Assembly (NCBI GenBank): GCA_964648795.1 | Contig: CAZYMB010000008.1 | Location: 8,401 to 72,400 of the forward strand | Reading direction: 5' to 3' | Length of the DNA stretch: 64,000 nt | Origin: an uncultured Acidimicrobiaceae bacterium | GTDB lineage: Bacteria; Actinomycetota; Acidimicrobiia; Acidimicrobiales; SZUA-35 | In this document: in pieces, positions 47,284 through 57,253 of the stretch | How the letters are laid out: every line of letters begins with the position of its first letter | Numbering within the stretch: the first letter of the stretch is position 1 | The notes under the pieces: generated by a model | Database searches by the model: none | Seen by the model: only the letters and a program-made list of their open reading frames with translations | Told to the model about the DNA's origin: nothing | Made by a program: the position numbers and the translations under genes

Positions 47284-48452
47284 TAGCCCTCACCATTATC
47301 CGGTACTTCTACTTCTTGTTCGATCTGAGCTGGTTCGTCTACTACTGCGTTATCGGCAGATGCCAATTCAGCTGGTGTCAGGTTCGCCGTGGTGACACCA
47401 TCAATAAGGTTCAAGACACTGCCTTCTTCTGACCCAGTTAGGGCTCCAAAGTCTTCACCAGGTGCTATCTGTCTTGTTGGGTCCAGTGGGACGATTGGGC
47501 GTGAAACGTAACTCTCTGGAACTAGTGATAGATATAGTCCACCACCACCGCTTGATCCTGCACGACTGGCGTTCAAGACAACTTGAACATCTTTAGGCGA
47601 TACTGCCAAAGTAACAAGTGCTGAACCTGCAGCTAGTGTAGCCGTATCACCTTCGCCACCTTGACCTACGCTTGAGGCTATTGACGAGTTAATCGCCAAT
47701 ACTCGAGTGTCCTGCAAGATGTAGCGTGATGTGTTCTGAGAAAGCTGGTCGGTAATCTCGATTAGATCGTTACCGGAAACCCAGTTAATTGCTTGCTGAC
47801 GTTGTGTATCGTTTAGTTCATCAAATGTAGGAACGTCATCGTTGTTTGCGCCAATTGCGCTACGAAGCCCAACCGGAACATAGACAGACTCAAGTCTTGC
47901 CGCTGCGTGAGCAGCCAATAGTTCTGCAAGTGATTGCTGCGATAGCAGTGCCACAGGGTCTTGTCCATCTTCTGGGTCTACAAGGCTTTCATGAGAAGCG
48001 ATAGATAGAACGTTGACGTGATCTCCTGGTCTAACCAAGCCTGCACCCCAACCGATTGGATCGACTGATATTGTTACAGACACTTCATCGTCTTCTAGAG
48101 CTGCGGATAATCCGGAACCTGCACTACGTGGGCTAGCGAAGTTGGAAGTCACTAGTGTGTGACCAATACCAAAGTCAGCTACTGCTACGAAGTCATCCAG
48201 GATCTGCGTCTCGGGGTCGGTGATTGCTGCAGCTGGCGCAATGGCCGCTGGAACCTGTACTTCTTCGATCGCTGCTAACACCTGGCTCTTAGTGGCGCCT
48301 CGGCTGAATGGTTCGGTCACACGGTAAACCGGTGTTGCCTCACCATCGGCTTGTGCATCAGACTGAAGGTTGTTTATAAACCAGAACAGACCTAGTGCTG
48401 CGATTAGGCCGACTATTGCGGCGATTCCTATACTTAATTTGCGAGCTCCCAC
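47283..48452 (-). CDS. cpaB: CpaB/RcpC-like Flp pilus assembly protein (SAF domain + beta-clip), acidic C-terminal tail
   Basis: 389 aa with a GTG start preceded by AGGAG. It has an N-terminal TM (LSIGIAAIVGLIAALGLFWF) and a SAF-like segment after it. It is the first gene of the tad operon, with a 1-nt overlap with cpaE. Confidence 0.7.
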   Translation of the reverse strand: MGARKLSIGIAAIVGLIAALGLFWFINNLQSDAQADGEATPVYRVTEPFSRGATKSQVLAAIEEVQVPAAIAPAAAITDPETQILDDFVAVADFGIGHTLVTSNFASPRSAGSGLSAALEDDEVSVTISVDPIGWGAGLVRPGDHVNVLSIASHESLVDPEDGQDPVALLSQQSLAELLAAHAAARLESVYVPVGLRSAIGANNDDVPTFDELNDTQRQQAINWVSGNDLIEITDQLSQNTSRYILQDTRVLAINSSIASSVGQGGEGDTATLAAGSALVTLAVSPKDVQVVLNASRAGSSGGGGLYLSLVPESYVSRPIVPLDPTRQIAPGEDFGALTGSEEGSVLNLIDGVTTANLTPAELASADNAVVDEPAQIEQEVEVPDNGEG

Positions 48453-48574
48453 TGGGATTCTCCTGACATTGCCAAAGTTCCTACAAGTGAATTGTCGGTA
48501 AGTCAGGGCGCGATAATTAGAAAACTGCGAAGAAAATATAGGATTCCGGGCCTATTGTGCCCTCGCCGAGAGCT

Positions 48575-49924
48575 TTAGCCCTGTTCTGGGGCTTCTTCGG
48601 CTCCTGGAGTCGCCTCTGTCGGAGCTGCTTCTTCAGCAGGAGCCTCAGCATCAGCGCCTTGCGCTGGCTTGGCTTCGCCGTCTTCGAAGTACTCTGCCCA
48701 AGCCTTTTCGGTCTCAGGATCAACCTCTGTTGGGCCAATGTAGTTACCGTCAGCATCGAACGATTCTGTACCGAAGTGCTGCTGGTACTCTTGGGCGACT
48801 ACACCACCTTCAGCAGCTTGCTTAATTGACAAGCTGATTCGACGTGCCTTTAGGTCGATCTCGATGATCTTGACCCAAAGCTCTTCACCTGGAGTCACGA
48901 CCTGTTCTGGCATTTCAACGTGGTGTGCACTCATCTCAGAAATGTGCACAAGACCTTCGATGCCGTCGCCAACCTGGACGAAACCACCGAATGGAACGAG
49001 CTTAGTAACTCGACCATAGACAAGTTCTCCAACTTCGTGAGAAGTTGCAAACTCTTGCCATGGATCTTGCTGTGTTGCTTTGAGGCTCAAGCTGATTCGT
49101 TCACGGTCATAGTCAATTTCTAGAACCTGAACTGTGACTTCGTCTCCTACTGAGACGACGTTGTTCGGATGATCGACATGCTTCCAAGAAAGCTCAGAAA
49201 CGTGGATTAGACCGTCCATGCCACCGAGGTCTACGAAGGCACCGAAGTTAACAACAGAAGAAATGACACCAGATTTAACTTCGCCTGGAGCCAAGTTGGT
49301 TAGGAAGTCTTCTCTTTGTTCTTTCTGGTTCTCTTCAAGGAATGCTCTACGTGAAAGAACAACATTGTTGCGCTTCTTGTCTAGCTCGATGATCTTACAG
49401 TCAACGTTTTGTCCCATGTATGGGTCAAGGTCACGTACTCGACGTAGTTCAACTAGTGACGCTGGCAGGAATCCACGCAAACCAATGTCTACGATTACTC
49501 CACCCTTAACGACCTCAATTACAGGGCCAGAAACAACGCCTTCACTGTCTTTGATAGCCTCGATTTCACCCCAAGCTTTTTCGTACTGAGCTTTGTTGCG
49601 GCTGAGGATTAGGCGACCGTCAGAGTCTTCTTTGGTTACTACTACTGCTTCAATTTCTTCGCCGACTGAAGTTATCTCTGATGGATCTAGGTCGTGACGT
49701 ATAGAAAGCTCTTTAGAAGGAACAACACCTTCTGATTTGTATCCGATATCTACAAGTACTTCGTCTCTATCTACTCGAACTACTTTTCCAGTTACCAACT
49801 GGCCATCATCTATTGACACCATTGATGCTGTGTAGGCGTCTTCTAACGACCCCTCAAGGTCGTTGTCGGTTATTTGTCGCAGCGTGTGACCCCCAGCTGC
49901 CGGGTCTAGTTTTGTATCGGACAC
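48575..49924 (-). CDS. rpsA: 30S ribosomal protein S1
   Basis: 449 aa with four S1 OB-fold repeats (GKVVRVDRDEVLVDIG, GPVIEVVKGGVIVDIG, GVISSVVNFGAFVDLG, GRVTKLVPFGGFVQVG) and an acidic tail. Confidence 0.96.
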   Translation of the reverse strand: MSDTKLDPAAGGHTLRQITDNDLEGSLEDAYTASMVSIDDGQLVTGKVVRVDRDEVLVDIGYKSEGVVPSKELSIRHDLDPSEITSVGEEIEAVVVTKEDSDGRLILSRNKAQYEKAWGEIEAIKDSEGVVSGPVIEVVKGGVIVDIGLRGFLPASLVELRRVRDLDPYMGQNVDCKIIELDKKRNNVVLSRRAFLEENQKEQREDFLTNLAPGEVKSGVISSVVNFGAFVDLGGMDGLIHVSELSWKHVDHPNNVVSVGDEVTVQVLEIDYDRERISLSLKATQQDPWQEFATSHEVGELVYGRVTKLVPFGGFVQVGDGIEGLVHISEMSAHHVEMPEQVVTPGEELWVKIIEIDLKARRISLSIKQAAEGGVVAQEYQQHFGTESFDADGNYIGPTEVDPETEKAWAEYFEDGEAKPAQGADAEAPAEEAAPTEATPGAEEAPEQG

Positions 49925-50027
49925 GAAATAATTACTTTCAAAAGCGCGCTCGAGTACTTCTCAAGCAACGCTTCAGGCTACAGCAAGCCTTACAGAAAGC
50001 AATCTTCAAGCTATATTTTGATGATTG

Positions 50028-52646
50028 TTAACCTTTGGCGTCTGCCCAGGTTCTACCAACTGACAAGTTGACTTCTAGGGGCACTTTAAGCTCGAATGCT
50101 GCTTGCATTTCTGCTTCGACGAGCTTCTTGGTTTCTTCTACTTCGTCTTTTGGCGTGTCGACGATCACTTCGTCGTGCACTTGAAGCACTGTTCTAGCCT
50201 TTAAACCGGCTTCTATCAAGGCTTGGTCAACTCTTATGATGGCCACCTTGAATATGTCGGCAGCTAGACCCTGTATCCCAGCGTTCATAGCTTGACGTTC
50301 AGCAGCTGCTCGCACTGAATAGTTAGGTGAATGCAATTCTGGGATTGAACGACGTCGGCCAAACAATGTGACCGTATAGCCACGATCCTTGGCTTCTTCT
50401 ACCGAGGCATCCATGTACGCCTGTACTGCTGGGAACCCTTCAAAGTATGAGTCTAAGATTTGTTGCGCTTCACCGGTCGGAACATTGAGTCGCTGGCCTA
50501 GTCCGTAGGCTTCCATGCCATAGGCCAAACCGTAGGAAACCATCTTTGCGTACTCGCGTTGTTCAGCTGTGACGTCGTCTGGTTCGACCTCATAGATTTT
50601 TGCTGCAGTTGCCCGGTGCACATCGGTGCCAGAGCGGAATGCTTCAACTAGACCAGGGTCGTCTGATAGATGCGCAATGCAGCGCAGTTCAATCTGGTTG
50701 TAGTCGGCAACAACAAGTTCTGACTTCGTAGATCCTGTAAACACTGTTCTAAATTGTTTACCAAGCGAGGAGCGAACTGGAATATTGTGAAGGTTAGGGT
50801 TTTCGCTACTTAGGCGTCCGGTCCTAGCAACAGTCTGTCTAAACGTTGCGTGTATTCGACCATCGTCAGACACCGAGTCAATTAGGGGTTGCCCATAGGT
50901 CGAGCGAAGCTTCTCAACTTCTCGATAGTCAAGAATGGTTTCAACTATTGGGTGGTCCCCCATTAGTTTCTCTAGCGTCGCTTGATTGGTCGAGTAACCG
51001 GTTTTGGTCTTCTTCTGTGGAGTCAGACCAAGCTCGTCAAACAAGACACGCTGTAGCTCTTTAGTTGAGTTGACATTAAATTCTTCTCCAGCATGCTTGT
51101 GGATTTCTGCGCGCAGGTCTTCTACCCTCGACATCATTTCGGCAGCCAGGCCTTCTAGCGCCTTAACATCTACCGCTATCCCGATTCGTTCCATCCGAGC
51201 TAGCGAAAGCGCTAACGGTGTTTCCACATTCTCGAGTAGTTCTGTTAGATCTTGTTGGGCAAGCTTTTCTTTCAGCGCCTCGCCGAGAACGATTAGAGCC
51301 GCTACTACTTCATCGGCACTGTCTGGTTCTTCAGAGTCCATGTCGAGTGACAGCTGACCGCTGTCAGCTGCTGCGCCAGCGATCGCTATGTCTGTGTGTC
51401 GTTGGCAAAGATCTGCAACTGGGTATTCGCTAGTTGCGGAAGGATCTATTAAGTAGCCAGCTAGCGAGACATCAAATGCGTTTTCCATGTCAAGGTTCAT
51501 TTCGATTAGTTCATGCCACAATCTCTTATATCCGTGGACTGCCACAGTGAGCCGTTCGAGTTGAGGACCTAGCTTGACTATGTCATCACCTTTGGACACT
51601 GGCGCAGAGTGAACGGTGGTTCCAACCGCTACTTTCAGAGAATTGTCCACTAATCCAAGCCCAACCATCTCGCCATTATCTAGCTCTTTGAGGGTCTTAA
51701 TAAGTTTGGGGATCGTTGTCTTTACAGATTCAACTTCGAGTGTCTCAGCTTCTGCAATATCTACCTCAACACCGAACGCCGCCATAAGTCGTGGGTAAAC
51801 AGCGTTAAATTCGAGGCGAGAGCACAACTCTTGGACAGATTCTGCATCGATAGCTTCTCGCTCGAACATTTCATCGACACTGAGACCTAGTTCTACATCT
51901 CTAATGAGGTCCATGATCTCTAGGTTCATGCGGACGTCATCTTCTGCTGCTTGCAAGTTCTCTTTCAGTTTCGGGGTGTGATCATCCATTGCCGCATAGA
52001 TGCCGTCGATGCCACCGTATTTGTTGACTAGCTTTGCTGCTGTCTTTTCACCAACGCCAGCAACACCAGGCAAGTTGTCTGACTTGTCGCCACGCAACGC
52101 TGCGTACTTTACGTAGTCTGCTGGCGTAACGCCAGTGCGTTCTTTGATGCCTGCTTCGTCATAGAGTGCGTAGTCGCTGACGCCACGCTTGTTGTAAACA
52201 ACCTTGATGCCCGGGTCTTCAACCAACTGGTACGAGTCACGGTCTCCAGTTACTACTAGGACTTCATCGCCATTTGCTGCAGCCTGTGTTGCGGCAGTTG
52301 CAAGAATGTCGTCTGCCTCTACACCCACTTTGTCGATCTGAACAACATTAAGCGCTTCCAACACTTCTTTCACAAGCGGGAACTGGCTCAGTAAAGCATC
52401 CGGGGTTTCTTTCCGCCCAGCCTTGTATGTATCGAGTCGCTTATGACGAAAGGTTGGTTCTTTCCTATCCCAAGCAACAACAATTCCGTCAGGGTTATGG
52501 TCGTTGACTAAGAAGATCAACATGTTAGTAAACCCAAGGACAGCGTTAGTTACCTGACCCGTTGAAGTCGCTAGCTCAGGAGGCAGAGCGTGAAAGGCTC
52601 TATAAGTAAGAGAGTTACCATCGATCAACATTAAACGGCGAGACAT
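50028..52646 (-). CDS. polA: DNA polymerase I
   Basis: 872 aa. It has a 5'-3' exonuclease N-terminus (LIDGNSLTYRAF), polymerase motif A (DYNQIELR), motif B (RRSIPELHSP..AERQAMNAGIQG) and motif C (QVHDEV). Confidence 0.97.
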   Translation of the reverse strand: MSRRLMLIDGNSLTYRAFHALPPELATSTGQVTNAVLGFTNMLIFLVNDHNPDGIVVAWDRKEPTFRHKRLDTYKAGRKETPDALLSQFPLVKEVLEALNVVQIDKVGVEADDILATAATQAAANGDEVLVVTGDRDSYQLVEDPGIKVVYNKRGVSDYALYDEAGIKERTGVTPADYVKYAALRGDKSDNLPGVAGVGEKTAAKLVNKYGGIDGIYAAMDDHTPKLKENLQAAEDDVRMNLEIMDLIRDVELGLSVDEMFEREAIDAESVQELCSRLEFNAVYPRLMAAFGVEVDIAEAETLEVESVKTTIPKLIKTLKELDNGEMVGLGLVDNSLKVAVGTTVHSAPVSKGDDIVKLGPQLERLTVAVHGYKRLWHELIEMNLDMENAFDVSLAGYLIDPSATSEYPVADLCQRHTDIAIAGAAADSGQLSLDMDSEEPDSADEVVAALIVLGEALKEKLAQQDLTELLENVETPLALSLARMERIGIAVDVKALEGLAAEMMSRVEDLRAEIHKHAGEEFNVNSTKELQRVLFDELGLTPQKKTKTGYSTNQATLEKLMGDHPIVETILDYREVEKLRSTYGQPLIDSVSDDGRIHATFRQTVARTGRLSSENPNLHNIPVRSSLGKQFRTVFTGSTKSELVVADYNQIELRCIAHLSDDPGLVEAFRSGTDVHRATAAKIYEVEPDDVTAEQREYAKMVSYGLAYGMEAYGLGQRLNVPTGEAQQILDSYFEGFPAVQAYMDASVEEAKDRGYTVTLFGRRRSIPELHSPNYSVRAAAERQAMNAGIQGLAADIFKVAIIRVDQALIEAGLKARTVLQVHDEVIVDTPKDEVEETKKLVEAEMQAAFELKVPLEVNLSVGRTWADAKG

Positions 52647-52788
52647 GGCCCCAAACTAGCAGCGCAGAGTTAAATAGCGAATGGATTAGCGATGTCTTGG
52701 GTTGTGCTTTTTCGTTACGTTTGCGCCAGATTTGTATAGCGGAACTGCTTGTACAATGAACTAAGGCGAACTCACAGCGGAGCGGGCA

Positions 52789-53562
52789 ATGAAACAAACA
52801 GAACTAACACAACAAGCGTTAGACGATTTACCAAAAAGCAAATTCTGGGGAACCACATGGGGGTTCCTCGCCATAGCTACTCTCAGTGTGGCTGCCGCAG
52901 CTGCTCTAAGTTTTTTACCCAGAACGACTCTTATTTCTGAAACAACTTCTTCAGCAGGCTCGATAGTAAATGTTGTTGCATTCACTCTCTTGCTATACCG
53001 AGACCGGCTACAACTGGGGTTCGACCGTTTGCGCCCATTTGGTCAGTCAATTCTAGAAAATCTAAGCAAAGTAAACGTCCGACCATACTCAGCCTTCAAA
53101 ATCACACCATACCACCCATTTAGATCTACAACCTTAATATTAGGCAACATGGCCAACAACATCGACGCATACCGTGCCATCCAAGAAGCCTTCGAGACCA
53201 ACCGAGCAACCTGGGCCTTTCGCGTTCAAGACGGCAACATCAACTCAAAACCTATGCCAGCCAAAGAGTGGCTAAAGGTAGCCACCCAAATCACGGACGC
53301 AGCAGCCAAAGCGCAGCCAGAACCAACCCCGCAAGACGCTCCCCTAACCGGCGCCGACCGAGAAGACCCAGAAGCCAAGTTCCAATGGGAAACTCAACAA
53401 GACATTGCAGCGGCTGAGATTCAGGATGCCGCACTCGACCAATCACCGGTGATTCCGAGGCCCAACCCAACCGAATCAAACGCTGCCAATGTATTAGGTA
53501 ACTCACAACCGCCAACACACGGCAAAGAGAATAAACCCGACGGACCTGGCCAGGGCCTCTAA
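52789..53562 (+). CDS. Hypothetical membrane protein with a Pro/Gln-rich tail
   Basis: 257 aa with two N-terminal TM helices, a central globular part and a low-complexity C-terminus. No motif recognised. Confidence 0.5.
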   Translation: MKQTELTQQALDDLPKSKFWGTTWGFLAIATLSVAAAAALSFLPRTTLISETTSSAGSIVNVVAFTLLLYRDRLQLGFDRLRPFGQSILENLSKVNVRPYSAFKITPYHPFRSTTLILGNMANNIDAYRAIQEAFETNRATWAFRVQDGNINSKPMPAKEWLKVATQITDAAAKAQPEPTPQDAPLTGADREDPEAKFQWETQQDIAAAEIQDAALDQSPVIPRPNPTESNAANVLGNSQPPTHGKENKPDGPGQGL

Positions 53563-53627
53563 AACCACACCTCACAAGTGGTTTACTCAAGCGGAATACA
53601 TTTCGCACCGTTACCCGTCTAACGAAT

Positions 53628-54149
53628 ATGAAACGGATCCTTGCCCTCTTAACAGTCGCTGCACTACTAATAGTTGGCGGCTACTTTGGTCTCAATGCTT
53701 TCAACGGTTTCACTTCTGCCAGAGCATGCGACACCCTCACCACAGAACAAGCAGAACCACTATCAGATGGGCAGCTTGCCAATTTGCATGATAAATGCAA
53801 TCCGACTCCCAGCAGCCAAGCCGGCGGTCACGACGAATGCTTCCCCAGCGCCCCAGACGTACTGCCAATCGCAACTAGCAAGCAGATCACTCTTTATACG
53901 ATCACCCAAGACGGCCAAACCCAGACTTGGACTCCTGAAGAGTTAGATGTATGGCGAGCCGAGTTTGATCCCGACCTTTACTTCAATAGCCCCGATTCAA
54001 TCCAGGCCGATGAATACCCTTACCCAGAAGTGATTAGAAGAGTAAGAGTCTTCTCCGGGGAAGAGTTGATTGCTGACGAAGTGCTAAAAGCCACAGCTAG
54101 CTCATGTGGATTCTTCCGGGACAGCGACCTTCCGCTTGTGATTGAGTAG
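53628..54149 (+). CDS. Hypothetical exported/anchored protein
   Basis: 173 aa with an N-terminal signal/anchor (ILALLTVAALLIVGGYFGL) and 4 Cys in the mature part. A hairpin GCAAAAG-CTAAC-CTTTTGC follows at 54150..54168. Confidence 0.5.
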   Translation: MKRILALLTVAALLIVGGYFGLNAFNGFTSARACDTLTTEQAEPLSDGQLANLHDKCNPTPSSQAGGHDECFPSAPDVLPIATSKQITLYTITQDGQTQTWTPEELDVWRAEFDPDLYFNSPDSIQADEYPYPEVIRRVRVFSGEELIADEVLKATASSCGFFRDSDLPLVIE

Positions 54150-54209
54150 GCAAAAGCTAACCTTTTGCAGCAAACGACGTGAGGGCCGCTTATAATCAGA
54201 TTCCTTCAG

Positions 54210-54725
54210 ATGGCGGACACAGACAACGAGCAACCAGGCAGCAACACTTCTCACCCTCATCCGCAGGCTGCACCAAAAGCCCCAAGTAGCGAACTTTTGA
54301 GATCAGCATGGGCTGTGCAACGGAAATCAGGAATCGACTGTTCTTACTACATGAAGGCCGAAGCCGATGAGCGAGATCAACACCTCGCAACACATCTCGC
54401 CAACGTGAACAGTGATCAACCCAAGCTAGCTTCACTCACTACCCTGATCATCTTCCTACTCATTGAGCTCGCTGGCCCAGACCTTAAACGGACGCAGAAA
54501 GCAGGCAGAGAGCTAATTCAGGCCCTTCAGGTGAACCAACACTCCTTGACTTTCATACAATCACGCTGGCTTACAGCTACAGAACTGCTGTTCGAAGAAG
54601 TGATGACGAATTCGGGAACTGATTTGTCGGCGTACCACGCTGTTTTTGAAAGGAGCAGCTTTGCGAGGGATGCAAGCTTGAAAACCCTCTTGCAACAGAG
54701 GCCCAATCCCGCACGTCATCTGTAA
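54210..54725 (+). CDS. Hypothetical protein
   Basis: 171 aa with one central hydrophobic segment. No motif recognised. Confidence 0.45.
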   Translation: MADTDNEQPGSNTSHPHPQAAPKAPSSELLRSAWAVQRKSGIDCSYYMKAEADERDQHLATHLANVNSDQPKLASLTTLIIFLLIELAGPDLKRTQKAGRELIQALQVNQHSLTFIQSRWLTATELLFEEVMTNSGTDLSAYHAVFERSSFARDASLKTLLQQRPNPARHL

Positions 54726-54844
54726 CACTTTCGTAACCGAATCTAGAGCTATCTAGGATGGTTGATTGTAGTTAAGATCCGTTGAGAACAACTGCCAAAA
54801 CTTTCTTCATTTGCACCCTCTAATCAGGGCGAAATGTCAGACCC

Positions 54845-56149
54845 GTGTGGGATTATGGTCACATGAAGCAAGGCGACTTGTGTCCAACCCGACTTGGGCA
54901 CGCAATACGCAAACTCAAAGACACAGTTGCTGCTGTACCTGTCGAGCATCTTAGTGCTGCCCAAGCGAAGCAACTTGTCGGCCTCAGCTCAGAAGCTGTT
55001 ACTGCGTTAACTGCCCTCCGATCTCGCAGCGCACTACAGGTTGCCCGTGCTCAGTCGGCGACCTTAGACGCCGGCAGCGTTAGGCGAGTCATCCAAAACT
55101 CATTTGATAGCAGCAGTCTCAGCCAGCGAGAGGTAAAGCACGAAACAGCTAAGGCGCAAACTCTTGAAGCACTTCCCAAGTTGGAGAAGAACCTAAGTGC
55201 CATACCATCATCAAACTTTGATGTAGTGACCAAGCACGTCGGACGGCTCAAGCCAGACCAGCTCGAGTCACTGAACGAAAATCTAATCGTTCGCAAAGCT
55301 AAGGACCTCGGCCCCGATCAATTTGAACGAGTACTCGCCAACCACGTTCGAGAATCGACTACTGAACTACTCGACAACCACAACGCAATGCGTGCAGCAT
55401 CCAAGGTGAAACACTGGCTGGACCGCACAACAGGCATGGGCCACATTCACGCAGAGCTAGACCCCGAACGCTACGAAATTGTCGCCAATCGCATCGATCG
55501 AACAGTGACTTCGCTGGCAAACGCCAATAAGGCAGCTAGTGGCAGTTCAAGCAACGCCACCAAAGATTCGAACCTTGCCGCTGAAGCATTCTGCAGTTTG
55601 GTTGGTGTCGGGTCTGGCACGCGAACCAAGTCTGCAGCGACAAATAGGACAGCACGACCTGCGCCACTTGCAGATCTAATTATTCTGGTCGACCACAAGA
55701 CTCTGAAGAACGGTCGCCATAGAAGAACTATCGCAGAAACTGAATCAGGTACAACATTGCCGGACGAGACCATTTCCCGTTTGGCATGCGATGCAACAAT
55801 TCGCAAGGTCGAAGTAAATTCTGCTGGCTTTGCCCTAAACGTAGGTCGCAAATCAAGAACAGCAACAGACGCACAATGGGCGGCAACTAAGGCAATGCAC
55901 TCAAGCTGCGCATGGCACGGTTGCGGAACCAAAATTCAACACTGCCAACTACACCACATCCAATACTGGCGCAATGGCGGCAAACCCAACATGAATAACT
56001 TGGTGCCGCTGTGCAGCCATCACCATCATAAAGTTCACGAAGGCGGCTGGTCACTCAAACTCAAACCCGATCGAAGCTTGATTCATATTAAGCCAGACAA
56101 AACCGTCTGGAAACAAACCAAACCACCTAACCGATTAGATAGTGGTTAA
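54845..56149 (+). CDS. DUF222-type HNH endonuclease (actinobacterial 13E12-like family)
   Basis: 434 aa with a long helical N-terminal region and a C-terminal HNH motif (CQLHHIQYWRNGGKPNMNNLVPLCSHHHHKVHEGGW). The start is uncertain: GTG at 54845 or ATG at 54863. Confidence 0.8.
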   Translation: MWDYGHMKQGDLCPTRLGHAIRKLKDTVAAVPVEHLSAAQAKQLVGLSSEAVTALTALRSRSALQVARAQSATLDAGSVRRVIQNSFDSSSLSQREVKHETAKAQTLEALPKLEKNLSAIPSSNFDVVTKHVGRLKPDQLESLNENLIVRKAKDLGPDQFERVLANHVRESTTELLDNHNAMRAASKVKHWLDRTTGMGHIHAELDPERYEIVANRIDRTVTSLANANKAASGSSSNATKDSNLAAEAFCSLVGVGSGTRTKSAATNRTARPAPLADLIILVDHKTLKNGRHRRTIAETESGTTLPDETISRLACDATIRKVEVNSAGFALNVGRKSRTATDAQWAATKAMHSSCAWHGCGTKIQHCQLHHIQYWRNGGKPNMNNLVPLCSHHHHKVHEGGWSLKLKPDRSLIHIKPDKTVWKQTKPPNRLDSG

Positions 56150-56285
56150 ACGCTAATCCTACTTCTACTGCAGAGCTATCTATGATCATCAGCCGTTGCG
56201 GTTCCATCCGAATTCTCAGTGGACTAAAGCTATATGAAACGTGCAGGCTTGCCGAAGCCCTCTCAGGGTTCCCGAGTCCTTCGAG

Positions 56286-56882
56286 CTAGCTGCGGACTTG
56301 ACGATCTGGAGTTAGCTCACCAGAGATTATCTGGTTAGCTACGTCAGTCATTGTGCCACGAGTTCTCATGGCTGTTTGTTGAATGAAACGGTATGCGTCT
56401 TGTTCTGCCATTGCGTATCCGTCGATTAGCTTGCCTTTGGCACGGTCGATTACTTTGCGAGACTCTAGCTTCTCGGTCAGGACTTTGACTTCAGTGGCTA
56501 GTTCTTTACGCTCAGCTGCTCTTGCTTTTGCCATTTCGATTGCTGGCACTAAATCGTTCTCGTTATATGGCTTCACCAAGTATGCGCAAGTCCCGACTTT
56601 GCAGGCTTGCTCGACCATATCTACTTGAGAGAATGCAGTCAACATCACAACTGCTGCACCAGTGGCTTCAACAATTTCGGCTGCTGCGGTTAAACCATCC
56701 TTGTTTGGCATCTTAATATCTAACAGCGCAACATCTGGTTTGTGTTGTTTAGCAAGAGCTACAGCTTCTACCCCATCGGAGGCTTCGCCAACTACCTCAT
56801 AGCCTAGTGCAGTCAAAGACTCGACCAAGTCCAGCCTTACGAGCGCTTCGTCTTCCGCTACCAATACTCGCTTATCCGCCAT
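56286..56882 (-). CDS. pdtaR: Response regulator with an ANTAR RNA-binding output domain (PdtaR-like)
   Basis: 198 aa. It has a receiver domain (VLVAEDEALVR...LLDIKMPNKDG) and an ANTAR domain (ESRKVIDRAKGKLIDGYAMAEQDAYRFIQQTAMRTRGTM). Confidence 0.85.
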   Translation of the reverse strand: MADKRVLVAEDEALVRLDLVESLTALGYEVVGEASDGVEAVALAKQHKPDVALLDIKMPNKDGLTAAAEIVEATGAAVVMLTAFSQVDMVEQACKVGTCAYLVKPYNENDLVPAIEMAKARAAERKELATEVKVLTEKLESRKVIDRAKGKLIDGYAMAEQDAYRFIQQTAMRTRGTMTDVANQIISGELTPDRQVRS

Positions 56883-56915
56883 AAGAGTCTTAAGTGTACC
56901 GGCGTATAGGGAAAT

Positions 56916-57203
56916 TTACCCGAGTGAGTCCAGCAGGGCGTCTGACATGCGGTTTAAATGCGCCAACTTTTCAATGAGCTTGTCACGGCTTTTCTGCATC
57001 ACATCAAGCGTTCGCTTGGCCTGCGAATGCTCTTTAGAAGTAATCGGAGTCTCAGCAACCATGGCCTTTAAACGTGCTTGATCTTCTACATCAGCGAAAT
57101 GCAATATCTGCTCGTCCAAAACCTGGAGCTCTTGTTCGATCTCGCGCATTTCAGAAGACACGTTATTGAGCTTCTTCTTAATTGCACGATCTGACATAAC
57201 CAC
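56916..57203 (-). CDS. Small coiled-coil protein
   Basis: 95 aa with a heptad-rich, charged sequence. No motif recognised. Confidence 0.45.
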   Translation of the reverse strand: MVMSDRAIKKKLNNVSSEMREIEQELQVLDEQILHFADVEDQARLKAMVAETPITSKEHSQAKRTLDVMQKSRDKLIEKLAHLNRMSDALLDSLG

Positions 57204-57253
57204 ATGTTAGTTCACATTCTTAGCGCAATAACCTGTTTGAAAATGCAAGCACT

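Noticed and set aside
48517-48829. ORFs 48517..48756 (-) and 48557..48829 (+) at the rpsA 3' end as candidates for the missing Flp pilin.
   Set aside because: Both overlap the well-supported rpsA coding sequence. They have no Flp-like hydrophobic core or G/XXXXEY motif.
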